Shown: piece after piece, positions 18,244-28,661 of the stretch
How positions within the stretch are numbered: the first letter of the stretch is position 1
Layout: the number at the start of each line of letters is the position of its first letter
Assembly: GCA_949288095.1 (NCBI GenBank)
Contig: CASEIX010000023.1
Span: 9,977-73,976, forward strand
Reading direction: 5' to 3'
Length of the DNA stretch: 64,000 nucleotides
Source of the DNA: an uncultured Eubacteriales bacterium
GTDB taxonomy: Bacteria; Bacillota; Clostridia; TANB77; CAG-508
The notes under the pieces: generated by a model
Databases searched by the model: none
What the model was told of the DNA's origin: nothing
What the model saw: only the letters and a program-made list of their open reading frames with translations
Program-made: the position numbers and the translations under genes

Positions 18244-20607
18244 CTATTTTACTTCAAATTTTAAATTTCCATTGACAAAATCAATATTGACAGTTTGTCC
18301 ATCTAATAATTCTTGTTTCAATATCATTTCAGATAATTCATCTTCAACATATCTTTGAATAGCTCTTCTTAATGGTCTAGCACCAAATTTAATATCTGTG
18401 CCTTTTTCTAAGATATAATTCTTAGCAGATTTTGTAATATTCATTTTGATATCTTTATCTGACAAAGCTTTGACTGTATCATTTAACATTAAATCAACAA
18501 TTTGCAATAATTGTTCATTCGTTAATGGGTCAAATGTAACAATTTCATCAACTCTATTTAAGAATTCAGGTCTAAAGACATCTTTTAGACTATCCATAAT
18601 TTTATTTTTATTGATCATAGAGTTTCCAAATCCAATAGAATTATTGTTTAAGTTAGAACCTGCATTTGATGTCATAATGATAATCGTATTTGAGAAACTA
18701 ACAGAATTTCCTTGGCTATCTGTTAAGATTCCATCATCTAATACTTGTAATAAAATATTAAATACATCTGGATGTGCTTTTTCAATTTCATCTAATAAAA
18801 TAATAGAATATGGTTTTCTCTTAACTTTATCAGTTAATTGTCCTGCATCATCATAACCAACATATCCTGGAGGTGCACCAATTAATTTAGAAGTAGAGTG
18901 ACTCTCCATATATTCTGACATATCAATTCTAATAATAGAATCTTCAGATCCAAACATTTCGTAAGCTAAACTTTTGGCAAGTTCTGTTTTACCAACACCA
19001 GTAGGACCAACAAAGATAAATGAAGGTGGTCTTTTGGTTGATTTTAAACCTGCTCTATTTCTACGAATAGCTCTTGCTACAGCACTTACAGCTTCATCTT
19101 GACCAATAATTCTCTTATGAAGATTGTTTTCTAAGTTTAATAATTTTTGTGTTTCTGCTTCTGTAATTTTTTGTACAGGTATTTTTGTCCAACTTTCAAT
19201 AACATTGGCGATATCTTGAACTGTTAATTGTCTAGGTTTCATCGTTTCATTTAGTTTATCAATTTGTTCAATTAATTGACACTCACGGGTTTTTAAATCA
19301 GCTGCTCTTTGATAATCTTCTGTAGAATCAGCAGCAATGACTTCTTCTTTTTCTGCTTGGACTTGTTCTAATTCTTGTTTTAATTTTTCTAAAGTAAATA
19401 ATTCTTTATTCTCTAAATTAATTCTTGAACAAGCTTCATCTAAAATATCAATTGCTTTATCTGGTAAAAATCTATCATGAATATATTTTTCAGACATGAT
19501 AACTGCTTGTTTAATGACATCTAAAGAAATTTTTACTTTATGATATTCTTCATAATATTTTTTAATACCTTCCAAAATTCCAATAGAATCATCAATATTT
19601 GGTTCTTCTACTAAAACTTGTTGGAATCTTCTTTCTAAAGCAGAGTCCTTTTCAATATATTTTCTGTATTCTTTCAAAGTAGTTGTACCAATTAATTGGA
19701 TTTCACCATTGGAAAGCGCTGGTTTTAAGATGTTAGCAGCATTCATAGAATGTTCACCATCACCAGCACCAATAATATTATGGATTTCATCAATCACTAG
19801 AATGATATTTCCATATTCTTTACATTCATCAATGATTCCTTTCATTCTAGATTCGAATTGTCCTCTAAATTGTGTTCCTGCAATAACAGCTGTCATATCT
19901 AAAAGATATACTTCTTTGTTTAATAATTTTGCAGGTACATTTTGATTGGCAATTCGAATCGCTAATCCTTGAGCGATAGCTGTTTTACCAACACCTGGTT
20001 CACCAATTAAGCAAGGATTATTTTTAGAACGTCTATTTAAAATTTGGATAATTCTTTTAATTTCAGTATCTCTTCCAATAACGATATCTAATTGGTTATT
20101 TTTTGCTTTTGCGGTTAAATTGGTACCATAAGTATCTAAGAATTTTTTCTTTTTATTTTGTTTTGTATTTTTCTTTTTCTCTACTTTTACTTTTTTTCTA
20201 CCATTATTTAATTCTTGTTCATTATTAGCATTATTATTATTTGAATTTCCAAACATATTAGAGAATAATGAACTTAATGGAATGGCTGCTCCTGATACTT
20301 TACCAGAACCATCTCCATTGTCATCACCATTATTTTCAAAAGTGATGGCACCATCGATATTTTCAATGTCTTCTAAATTAATATTTTCAGCTAAATCTTT
20401 AAAAATGGTCTCAAATTGTTTTGTCATATCATTTAAATTTACATTGTCTTTAGATAAAATTTCATTTTGTCTATATAATACTTCATTAGGGTTAATGCCT
20501 TTTGCTTTTGCACAATCATAACAATACCCTTCTAAAGATTCTTTACCATTTTCTATTTTTTTATAAAAAAGGATAGCTGGGTTTTTATTACATTCTGAAC
20601 ATAACAT
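18244..20607 (-). CDS. clpE: Clp ATPase, ClpE-type (N-terminal zinc ribbon, two AAA+ modules)
   Basis: N-terminal CSEC-x22-CYDC (CX2CX22CX2C, as described for ClpE). Walker A motifs GEPGVGKTAIA and GPTGVGKTELA. UVR-like middle segment and an Asn/Lys-rich linker. Confidence 0.85.
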   Translation of the reverse strand: MLCSECNKNPAILFYKKIENGKESLEGYCYDCAKAKGINPNEVLYRQNEILSKDNVNLNDMTKQFETIFKDLAENINLEDIENIDGAITFENNGDDNGDGSGKVSGAAIPLSSLFSNMFGNSNNNNANNEQELNNGRKKVKVEKKKNTKQNKKKKFLDTYGTNLTAKAKNNQLDIVIGRDTEIKRIIQILNRRSKNNPCLIGEPGVGKTAIAQGLAIRIANQNVPAKLLNKEVYLLDMTAVIAGTQFRGQFESRMKGIIDECKEYGNIILVIDEIHNIIGAGDGEHSMNAANILKPALSNGEIQLIGTTTLKEYRKYIEKDSALERRFQQVLVEEPNIDDSIGILEGIKKYYEEYHKVKISLDVIKQAVIMSEKYIHDRFLPDKAIDILDEACSRINLENKELFTLEKLKQELEQVQAEKEEVIAADSTEDYQRAADLKTRECQLIEQIDKLNETMKPRQLTVQDIANVIESWTKIPVQKITEAETQKLLNLENNLHKRIIGQDEAVSAVARAIRRNRAGLKSTKRPPSFIFVGPTGVGKTELAKSLAYEMFGSEDSIIRIDMSEYMESHSTSKLIGAPPGYVGYDDAGQLTDKVKRKPYSIILLDEIEKAHPDVFNILLQVLDDGILTDSQGNSVSFSNTIIIMTSNAGSNLNNNSIGFGNSMINKNKIMDSLKDVFRPEFLNRVDEIVTFDPLTNEQLLQIVDLMLNDTVKALSDKDIKMNITKSAKNYILEKGTDIKFGARPLRRAIQRYVEDELSEMILKQELLDGQTVNIDFVNGNLKFEVK

Positions 20608-20755
20608 ACTTTAAATTCCTCATTTCTATATAAATATACAATATATATCATACCCCAAATTCCACGAATAGTCAATAAATTTAATCATTTTCATGTTGAA
20701 ATATTTGTATGAAAATGCTATAATAAAATAAGATTATAATATAAGAGGTATTCAT

Positions 20756-21613
20756 ATGAATGTAAATTTACCAAAGAAAGCAAAGGTTAGTGTTAAATCT
20801 GTTATCATATATACAGTTTCTATAATTACTTGCATTATAGCCATTATTATAACAGGACTATCAATTTATTATGGAAGTGATGAATTAGATAGATTAATTA
20901 CAATTGGTGGTTCGACTTTGACACAAGCAGATGAAGAGTATCAATTATTAGTTTCTAATTTTGATGATGTATTTCAAAATCAATTGGAAGGATATACAAC
21001 AGATGTAAATATAAAAAAAATAGATGAAGAACAAGATATAATATATACATATTATACAAAAGATGAAAGCAAAAAAAATAGTTATGATATGAATATCAAT
21101 ATTCCATATATTAATATTGAAAATGAAACAATAGCAGCATATAATGAGGAAATTAAACAAACTTATGAAGAAAAAGCAGAAAGCACATTACAAACAGAAA
21201 ATGAAAATATTATTTATACACTTCAATATGAAGCAACCATAGAAAATGATATTTTATCTTTAATTATTAGAGCTAACTTAAAAGAAGGATCAAGTGCACA
21301 AAGACTAATTATTCAAACATTCAATTATGATTTGAGAAATAATAAAGAAATAACATTAGAAGAGATGATAAATTTAAAGCAATTAAATACCAATGATGTG
21401 CAAAATAAAATAAATCAAGAAATAGAATCAGAACATCAAAGAGTAGAAGACTTAAGAAGTTTAGGATATAGTGTCTTTGAAAGAAATCCAGAAGATGAAA
21501 TGTATAAAATAGAAAACTCACAAGAATTTTTTGTAAAAGATGGAAATATTTATATTATATATGCTTATGGAAATGAAAATATAACAAGTGAAATGGATTT
21601 AGTAATTGTATAA
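20756..21613 (+). CDS. Membrane-anchored hypothetical protein
   Basis: N-terminal TM segment followed by a soluble domain. Possibly DUF4163/DUF3298-like, by feel only. Confidence 0.55.
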   Translation: MNVNLPKKAKVSVKSVIIYTVSIITCIIAIIITGLSIYYGSDELDRLITIGGSTLTQADEEYQLLVSNFDDVFQNQLEGYTTDVNIKKIDEEQDIIYTYYTKDESKKNSYDMNINIPYINIENETIAAYNEEIKQTYEEKAESTLQTENENIIYTLQYEATIENDILSLIIRANLKEGSSAQRLIIQTFNYDLRNNKEITLEEMINLKQLNTNDVQNKINQEIESEHQRVEDLRSLGYSVFERNPEDEMYKIENSQEFFVKDGNIYIIYAYGNENITSEMDLVIV

Positions 21614-21876
21614 TTTTATCCGGACAGAAACATTTTCAATTAGATAAAAAAGAGAGAAGCTTTGAAGCTTCTCTTTTTTTGAAAATAAAAGGGGATGTTT
21701 TTTTATTTAAATCAGTAATCGATTACTGATTATGTTTGTATTATAAACTGCAAATTTGTCCATTTTGTGAACTAAAAGTGAAAAAGAAGTAATCATTAAG
21801 AATTTGTAAGATAAATAATAAAGCTTAGAAAACGTTTTACAGAAAACATTTTCTAAGCTTCTAAGTAAAAGTTTAA

Positions 21877-23145
21877 CTAAGGCTGTTCACCTAATGTAAT
21901 AGTTAAATCTTTTTCTTGACCATCCCTATTAACGGTAATTGTCATTTCATCACCAATACTATGCGAATTTTTGATTTCATTTAATTCATCCATTGTTTTA
22001 ATATCTTTTCCGTCTGCTTTTACAATAACATCACCAATTTTTACACCAGCTTTTTCTGCAGCAGAAAATGTTTCAACATCTTTTACATAAATACCTTCTA
22101 CTAAATTATTTTTTTCAGCTGTTTCTGCATCTAGGTCCATTCCTGTAACACCAATATATGGTCTTCTTACCTTGCTATACTGAATTAATTGAGAAGTAAT
22201 ATCTGTTGTTGAGTTAATTGGTATAGCAAATCCCATACCTTCAACATCATTACCTGTTAGTTTCAAAGTATTAACACCAATAACTTTTCCCTCACTGTTT
22301 ACTAAAGCACCACCACTATTACCAGCATTAATAGCTGCATCTGTTTGGATTAAAGTATAAGTTTTACCATCTGAATCGGTAACTTCTCTGTTAACAGCAC
22401 TAACAACACCACATGTAATTGTACTTTGTAAACCTAAAGGACTACCAACAGCCATTGCAAATTCACCTACTTTAATAGAATCTGAATCAGCAAATTCTGC
22501 TTGTGTTAGACCAGTTGCATCAATTTTTATAACAGCTAAGTCTGTTTCTTCATCAGTACCAACAATTGTTGCTTCATATGGTGTATCATCATTAAATAAA
22601 GTAACAGTAATTTTTGTTGCTTCTGATACTTGATAATATGCTTCAGCTTCACTAGAAGAAACAACATGGTTATTTGTTAAAATATATCCATCATCACTAA
22701 TAATAATACCTGAACCTGTTGCAGTAGCAGTAGATGTTTGATTTCCCCCAAAAATAGAGAACATAGATGTTACATTATATTCAATTTGAATACCAACAAT
22801 TGATGGTAAAATTTTATTAGCTGCATATACAGCTGTATCAGAATAGTTAGATAAAGAAACTTGATCAACATATCCTGTTGCTTGTGCATTAGAAGAACTA
22901 TTAGATGTATTAGAATTTGTATTTCCCATAATTTGATTTCTGATTGTTGGAACACCAAAACAAGTTCCTAGTACAACTGCACAACCAACAATTCCACTAA
23001 AGAATGGTAAAACAACATTTCTTCCAAAGTTTGATTTCTTTTTAGGTTTATCATCAATTTCATAAACTGCTTTATAGTTTCCTGGATTTGAAACAGTTTT
23101 GAATTTTGAATGGTTTGCTTCATTTTCTTGATTATTATTTTCCAT
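21877..23145 (-). CDS. htrA: HtrA/DegP-family serine protease with a PDZ domain
   Basis: TM anchor, trypsin-like blocks TNNHVV, DLAVIK and GNSGGALVN, and a C-terminal PDZ-like region. Confidence 0.9.
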   Translation of the reverse strand: MENNNQENEANHSKFKTVSNPGNYKAVYEIDDKPKKKSNFGRNVVLPFFSGIVGCAVVLGTCFGVPTIRNQIMGNTNSNTSNSSSNAQATGYVDQVSLSNYSDTAVYAANKILPSIVGIQIEYNVTSMFSIFGGNQTSTATATGSGIIISDDGYILTNNHVVSSSEAEAYYQVSEATKITVTLFNDDTPYEATIVGTDEETDLAVIKIDATGLTQAEFADSDSIKVGEFAMAVGSPLGLQSTITCGVVSAVNREVTDSDGKTYTLIQTDAAINAGNSGGALVNSEGKVIGVNTLKLTGNDVEGMGFAIPINSTTDITSQLIQYSKVRRPYIGVTGMDLDAETAEKNNLVEGIYVKDVETFSAAEKAGVKIGDVIVKADGKDIKTMDELNEIKNSHSIGDEMTITVNRDGQEKDLTITLGEQP

Positions 23146-23388
23146 ATATATTACCTCCTACAATTATATATATATTAACCTATTCTGAACATATAATACA
23201 ATATATTTGTGAATTTTATGTGAAGAAAATAGGATTTTTATAAGCCTATTATATAAAATCTATGTAAAATAAAAAAGATTTTCCATCAAATTTTATTGAA
23301 AAAAAGCAGATAAAAAGATATAATATAAAAAATTAAAGAATAAAAAAGAATTTGTGATAAATAATAGAAATATAGAGGTGAAAAACAA

Positions 23389-23922
23389 ATGAAACAAAAT
23401 AATCAAAATGGGATAACATTAGTTGTATTATCAATAACAATCATTGTTTTAATAATCTTAGCAAGTATAACGATTCAAACAGGAAAAGAATCAATTCAGA
23501 AAGCCAATTTAGAAGGATTAAAAACCAATATGTTATTAGTTGAAACAAAGGCAAGAGAATTTGTAGAAAATGCAAGTTTTGATTTAGGGATAGACCCTGA
23601 AAATGCTACTGATGAAATGAAAGCAAAGGCACAAAGTGAATTAAATGGTGAAGATAAAGGTACATTAGTTACTTCTGGTGATAGTATTATAGATGAATTA
23701 TTGAATATTGGTATTAGCCAACAGGATATTGATAATGGAAATGTGTATAAATTGACAACAGAAAATTTAGAAAAAATGGGAATTAATGATGTAGAATCTA
23801 ATGATGAAGAAGGATGGTATGTTATTGTATATAATATAAATGACACAACGGCAGAGATTTATCATACAATGGGATATCAAGGAAAATATTCTTTAACAGA
23901 TATAGAACAGATAGAATTATAA
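23389..23922 (+). CDS. Protein with a prepilin/pseudopilin-like hydrophobic N-terminus
   Basis: N-terminus MKQNNQNGITLVVLSITIIVLIILASITI. No pilus-assembly genes lie nearby. Confidence 0.5.
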   Translation: MKQNNQNGITLVVLSITIIVLIILASITIQTGKESIQKANLEGLKTNMLLVETKAREFVENASFDLGIDPENATDEMKAKAQSELNGEDKGTLVTSGDSIIDELLNIGISQQDIDNGNVYKLTTENLEKMGINDVESNDEEGWYVIVYNINDTTAEIYHTMGYQGKYSLTDIEQIEL

Positions 23923-23973
23923 GTAAAGCATGTATAATAAAAAGAAATAAATAAGAAAACTAAGGAAAGAAGT

Positions 23974-24609
23974 GTGGAGACAATAAAAGAAAAAGAACTA
24001 GAAAGATTAACGAATTTAAAAAGTATGGAAAAAGAACTTTATGATAAAGGATTTGAGTATATTTGTGGAATCGATGAAGCAGGAAGAGGACCATTAGCTG
24101 GTCCTGTTGTCGTTGCAGGGGTTATTATGCCAAAAGATTCTATGATAGAAGGGGTAAATGATTCTAAAAAGGTATCAGAGAAGAAAAGAGAAAAACTATA
24201 TGATGTGATTTTAAAAGAGGCCATTAGTTATTCAGTTGCCATTATTGGACAAGATGTGATCGATGACATTAATATTTTAAATGCAACAAAACAAGGTGTT
24301 ACAAAAGTAGTAGAAGAATTAGATGTAAAACCAAATTTAATATTAGTAGATGCTTTAACACATATCAACACAAAAGGAATTCCTTATGATTCGATTATTA
24401 AAGGAGATGCTAAATGTTATAATATAGCAGCTGCATCTATCATTGCAAAAGTAACAAGGGATAGAATTATGCGTGAGTGGGATGAAATTTATCCACAATA
24501 TGGTTTTATGAATCATAAAGGATATGGAACAGCCAAACATATAGAAGCATTAAAGGAATATGGACCATGTCCAATACATAGAAAAACATTTATTAAACAT
24601 TTTGTATAG
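23974..24609 (+). CDS. rnhB: Ribonuclease HII
   Basis: GTG start. Motif GIDEAGRGPLAGPVV and a C-terminal KGYGT.KH block. Confidence 0.9.
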   Translation: METIKEKELERLTNLKSMEKELYDKGFEYICGIDEAGRGPLAGPVVVAGVIMPKDSMIEGVNDSKKVSEKKREKLYDVILKEAISYSVAIIGQDVIDDINILNATKQGVTKVVEELDVKPNLILVDALTHINTKGIPYDSIIKGDAKCYNIAAASIIAKVTRDRIMREWDEIYPQYGFMNHKGYGTAKHIEALKEYGPCPIHRKTFIKHFV

Positions 24610-24619
24610 GAGAAAATAT

Positions 24620-25924
24620 ATGAATATTCTAGAAATTATAGAAAAAAAGAGAGATAAAAAAGAATTATCAAAAGAAGAAATTACATATTTTATAGAGGGG
24701 TATACACATGATAAAATAGCAGATTATCAAGCTTCTGCATTAATTATGGCAATTTATTTAAATGGAATGACAAAACAAGAGACAACAGATTTAACAATCG
24801 CAATGGCAAATTCAGGAGAAAAACTAGATTTGTCAAGTTTAAATGAAGTAATTGTTGATAAACATTCAACAGGAGGCGTAGGAGATAAAGTATCTTTAAT
24901 CCTATTGCCATTAGTAGCATCTTTAGGTGTACCAGTAGCCAAAATGTCTGGAAGAGGATTAGGGTTTACAGGAGGAACTGTTGACAAATTAGAATCTATA
25001 TCCGGGTATCAAACAGATATCAATATCCACAATTTTGTACAAAATGTGGAAAAAATAGGAATTAGCATGATTTCTCAGACATTAAATTTAGCACCAGCAG
25101 ATAAAAAAATATATAGTTTAAGAGATAGTATTTCTTGTGTAGAAAGTATTCCATTAATTGCTTCTAGTATTATGAGCAAAAAAATTGCGAGTGGTGCACA
25201 AAAAATTGTATTAGACGTTACTTGTGGTTCAGGAGCTTTTATGCAATCCAAAGAGAAGGCAGAAGAATTAGCAGAAGAAATGATTGAAATTGGAAGATTA
25301 GCAAATAAGGAAACAGTATGTGTACTTACCAATATGGATGAACCATTGGGATATGCAGTAGGAAATTCTTTAGAAGTTATAGAAGCAATTCAATCTTTAA
25401 AAGGTGACATGCCAGAAGATGTAAAAGATGTGGTATTAGAACTAGGTGCTTATATGGTAAAACTTGCAGGCAAAGGAGAAAATATTGAAGAAAATACAGC
25501 AAGATTATTAAAGAATATTGAAAATGGAAAAGCATATGAGAAATTCATACAATTGGTAGAAAATCAAGGGGGAGATTCTTCATATATTAAAGATATAAAT
25601 CAATTTCCAAAAGCAAGTTATATAGAAAATGTATATAGTCAAAAAAGTGGATATATTCAAAGTATGAATGCAAAAGAAGTGGGAAAGATTGTCTGTGCTT
25701 TAGGAGCAGGAAGAATTAGAAAAGAAGACAGTATTGATAATGCAGTTGGAATTATATTAAACAAAAAGGTTTCTGATAAAGTAGAAAAAGAAGATGTGTT
25801 AGTCACCATATATGCAAATTCAAAAGAAAAATTAGAAGAAGCAAAAAAGAAATTATTAGAAGTGATAAAAATAGAAGAACAAGAAATTGAAAGACCTAAA
25901 ATGATATTAGAAATTATGAAATAA
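24620..25924 (+). CDS. pdp: Pyrimidine-nucleoside (thymidine) phosphorylase
   Basis: ATG at 24620. Blocks ILEIIEKKRDKKELSKEEI, HSTGGVGDK and SGRGLGFTGGT. Confidence 0.9.
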   Translation: MNILEIIEKKRDKKELSKEEITYFIEGYTHDKIADYQASALIMAIYLNGMTKQETTDLTIAMANSGEKLDLSSLNEVIVDKHSTGGVGDKVSLILLPLVASLGVPVAKMSGRGLGFTGGTVDKLESISGYQTDINIHNFVQNVEKIGISMISQTLNLAPADKKIYSLRDSISCVESIPLIASSIMSKKIASGAQKIVLDVTCGSGAFMQSKEKAEELAEEMIEIGRLANKETVCVLTNMDEPLGYAVGNSLEVIEAIQSLKGDMPEDVKDVVLELGAYMVKLAGKGENIEENTARLLKNIENGKAYEKFIQLVENQGGDSSYIKDINQFPKASYIENVYSQKSGYIQSMNAKEVGKIVCALGAGRIRKEDSIDNAVGIILNKKVSDKVEKEDVLVTIYANSKEKLEEAKKKLLEVIKIEEQEIERPKMILEIMK

Positions 25925-26086
25925 TATATTATATTTATGTTATATCTTTCCTAATATTTTTATAATTAGATTGATTGATATATTATGTAAAATATGATAT
26001 AATAAAATCTGTAGTCTGAAATAAGTTTTTTTAGAATTGAAAAACAAAATATTTATGATATAATATATATAATTTAAGAAAGGAAG

Positions 26087-26242
26087 ATGAGCATGAAAAA
26101 GGAGAAAAAACGACAAGAACAAATTAAAAAGGTAAAAAAATATGATAAAGGACAGATTTTTGTAAAAGTAATGGCTGGTGTTTTAGCATTATTAATGGTA
26201 CTTGCAACAGCTTCAACATTAATATACTCACTAATGATATAA
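26087..26242 (+). CDS. Small (51 aa) basic protein with a single TM segment, upstream of cdaA
   Basis: Not in the ORF track because it is under 60 aa. AGGAAG precedes the ATG. Sequence MSMKKEKKRQEQIKKVKKYDKGQIFVKVMAGVLALLMVLATASTLIYSLMI. Confidence 0.4.
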   Translation: MSMKKEKKRQEQIKKVKKYDKGQIFVKVMAGVLALLMVLATASTLIYSLMI

Positions 26243-26258
26243 TAAAAGAGGTAAAAAT

Positions 26259-27206
26259 ATGATAATTGATTTTGGAATGAATTGGGAGAATTTCTATACG
26301 GATAATATAGTAGGATATATAAAATCATTGCAAGAAAATCCATTTGAATTAATTACACTGATTATAGATTTAACAATCGTAATTTTTTTAATATATTCTT
26401 TTCTAAAAATTGTAAAAGGATCTAGAGCATGGCAGTTAATAAAGGGAATTGTATTATTAATTGTCATTACTTGGTTAAGTGGATTATTTAACTTGCAAAT
26501 TTTAAATTGGATTTTAACAGGAATCATGAATTTAGGAGTGATTGCCATTATTGTTATATTCCAGCCAGAGTTAAGAAGAGGTCTAGAACAATTAGGAACC
26601 AATAAATTTACAAAATTTTTTGGGATTGATAAAGATTTAGCAACAAAAACAAAGGAAGATATTTATAAAATTGTTATTGCAGCAGTAGAATTATCCAAAA
26701 ATAAAATAGGAGCTTTAATTGTTATAGAAAGAGATATCAAAATACAAGATGTTGTGGCTACTGGAATACCAATGAATGCAGATGTATCTCCTCAGTTATT
26801 GGTTAATATCTTCGAACCAAAGACACCATTACATGATGGGGCAGTTATTATTTCAGGAAATAAGATTGCAGCTGCGGCTTGTGTTTTACCACTTGCAGAT
26901 GATAATGATATCGCAAAAGAATTAGGAACAAGACATAGAGCAGCTATTGGTATATCTAAAGAATCTGACAGTATTGTAGTTGTGGTTTCTGAAGAAACGG
27001 GAAAAATTTCTATTGCAAAAGATGGAACATTGATTGCAGATGTTAGTGAAGATGCATTGAAAAAAATATTAATTACCAATGTGGTAACTAAGAGATTTGC
27101 AGTAGAGAAAAGAGAAAGAAGAATCAAGTTAAAAGAAATAAGAGAAAAATTACGCAAAGAAAAACAGGAAGAAAAAGCAAAAGAAGAGGAAGAAAAGAAA
27201 GATTAA
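26259..27206 (+). CDS. cdaA: Diadenylate cyclase CdaA (membrane-anchored DisA_N/DAC domain)
   Basis: Three N-terminal TM segments and DAC motifs TPLHDGAVII and GTRHRAA. Confidence 0.9.
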   Translation: MIIDFGMNWENFYTDNIVGYIKSLQENPFELITLIIDLTIVIFLIYSFLKIVKGSRAWQLIKGIVLLIVITWLSGLFNLQILNWILTGIMNLGVIAIIVIFQPELRRGLEQLGTNKFTKFFGIDKDLATKTKEDIYKIVIAAVELSKNKIGALIVIERDIKIQDVVATGIPMNADVSPQLLVNIFEPKTPLHDGAVIISGNKIAAAACVLPLADDNDIAKELGTRHRAAIGISKESDSIVVVVSEETGKISIAKDGTLIADVSEDALKKILITNVVTKRFAVEKRERRIKLKEIREKLRKEKQEEKAKEEEEKKD

Positions 27207-27257
27207 AAGTCGCATATATAGCGACTTTTATTTATAAAATAGAAAGGAAATAGAAGT

Positions 27258-28001
27258 GTGAGAAATATCAAATTAGTAATTGAATATGATGGAAAAGAAT
27301 TTAATGGATGGCAAAAGCAACCAACCAAATTAAATATTCAAGGAGAAATTGAAAAAGCAATACAGCGAATAACAGGTGAAGAAGTAGATTTAACAGCATC
27401 TGGTAGAACAGATGCTGGTGTTCATGCTCTTGGACAAGTAGCTAATTTTAAAACAAATTCGAATATACCAATTGAAAAGATTCCGATAGCGTTAAATTCT
27501 AATCTAAAAAAATCAATAGTTATAAAATCAGCAGAAGAAGTAGAAGAAAGATTTCATAGTCGATTAAATTGTAAGAGAAAAACATATCGATATATTATTA
27601 ATAATTCAAAATATGGAACCGCAATTTATAGAAATTTAGAGACACATATACCAATGAAACTAGATATACAAAAAATGCAAGAAGCTGTAAAATATTTTGA
27701 AGGAGAACATGATTTTAAAGCATTTAAAGCAAGTGGAACAAGTAGTAAAAGTAGTGTGAGAACAATTTATAAGGCAGATGTAATAGATGCGGGAAATGAA
27801 AGAATTTATATAGAATTAACAGGAAATGGCTTTTTATATAATATGGTAAGAATTATTTCAGGAACACTTGTAGAAGTGGGATTAAGAAAGATACAACCAA
27901 ATGAAATACAGACAATTATACAATCTAAAAAGAGAGAAAATGCAGGAAAGACATTACCACCACAAGGACTATATTTAGTTAGTGTAGAGTATGAAAAATA
28001 A
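27258..28001 (+). CDS. truA: tRNA pseudouridine(38-40) synthase
   Basis: GTG start. Motif SGRTDAGVHALGQV and the YNMVRII block. Confidence 0.9.
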   Translation: MRNIKLVIEYDGKEFNGWQKQPTKLNIQGEIEKAIQRITGEEVDLTASGRTDAGVHALGQVANFKTNSNIPIEKIPIALNSNLKKSIVIKSAEEVEERFHSRLNCKRKTYRYIINNSKYGTAIYRNLETHIPMKLDIQKMQEAVKYFEGEHDFKAFKASGTSSKSSVRTIYKADVIDAGNERIYIELTGNGFLYNMVRIISGTLVEVGLRKIQPNEIQTIIQSKKRENAGKTLPPQGLYLVSVEYEK

Positions 28002-28111
28002 GAAGACCAAAAAGATAATTTACGTTATTTTATTTATAATCTATTAATCATATGAACAAAGTCAATGGATTATGCATAAAATATAGTAAAAAAGAAAAAA
28101 GGAGAAAGCAT

Positions 28112-28660
28112 ATGAATACAATTTTACTTATATTTTTTGCAATACCATTGGCTGTTATTATATTTTCTATAGCCTTACAAAAGATATTAAAATGTCCAGC
28201 ATTGGTTGCAGGAATTATATTTGCAATAGGTGTTATCATTACATTTATTATAGGAAATCTAATCTTTTTGGCGGCGACATTGGTATATACATTTATCAGT
28301 TATATTACAGCATTGATTACTTGTTTGATATGTAGATTCTTTAATAATGATGACAATAATAATTGTTGTAGAAGAAACCGTTGTTGTAATCATAATGAAA
28401 ATGATTTATTAACGATAAGTAGTCGTTGTCAAAATAATGGAAATGGTGACTTATTAACAATTAATAGTAGTTGTGCAAACGGAAATACGAATAATTTACT
28501 TACAATTAGTAGTAATAATGATAATGGAAGAGATTGTTGTTGTAATAATGGTAATAATTTTTGCAATAATGACGAAATTATGACTAGAATTAATGTAATT
28601 CCAAATACTGCAAACAATGGAAGAACAGGTTGCATTTGCGGAAGATATAGAAGAAGATAG
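28112..28660 (+). CDS. Membrane protein with a Cys/Asn-rich, repeat-containing C-terminal tail
   Basis: ATG at 28112 after AAAAGGAG. Three hydrophobic segments. The tail has CC/CCC clusters and three copies of about 16 aa each of the (D)LLTI(S/N)S...N motif. Confidence 0.6.
   Translation: MNTILLIFFAIPLAVIIFSIALQKILKCPALVAGIIFAIGVIITFIIGNLIFLAATLVYTFISYITALITCLICRFFNNDDNNNCCRRNRCCNHNENDLLTISSRCQNNGNGDLLTINSSCANGNTNNLLTISSNNDNGRDCCCNNGNNFCNNDEIMTRINVIPNTANNGRTGCICGRYRRR
28403..28530 (+). repeat. Three imperfect tandem repeats of about 45-48 nt inside the Cys/Asn-rich gene
   Basis: The units GATTTATTAACGATAAGTAGT..., GACTTATTAACAATTAATAGTAGT... and TTACTTACAATTAGTAGT... encode DLLTISS, DLLTINS and LLTISS. 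Confidence 0.7.
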
Positions 28661-28661
28661 T

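Noticed and set aside
24560-24619. The upstream extension of the pdp ORF (start at 24560).
   Set aside because: It overlaps the end of rnhB. The ATG at 24620 gives the canonical N-terminus (MNILEIIEKKRD...).
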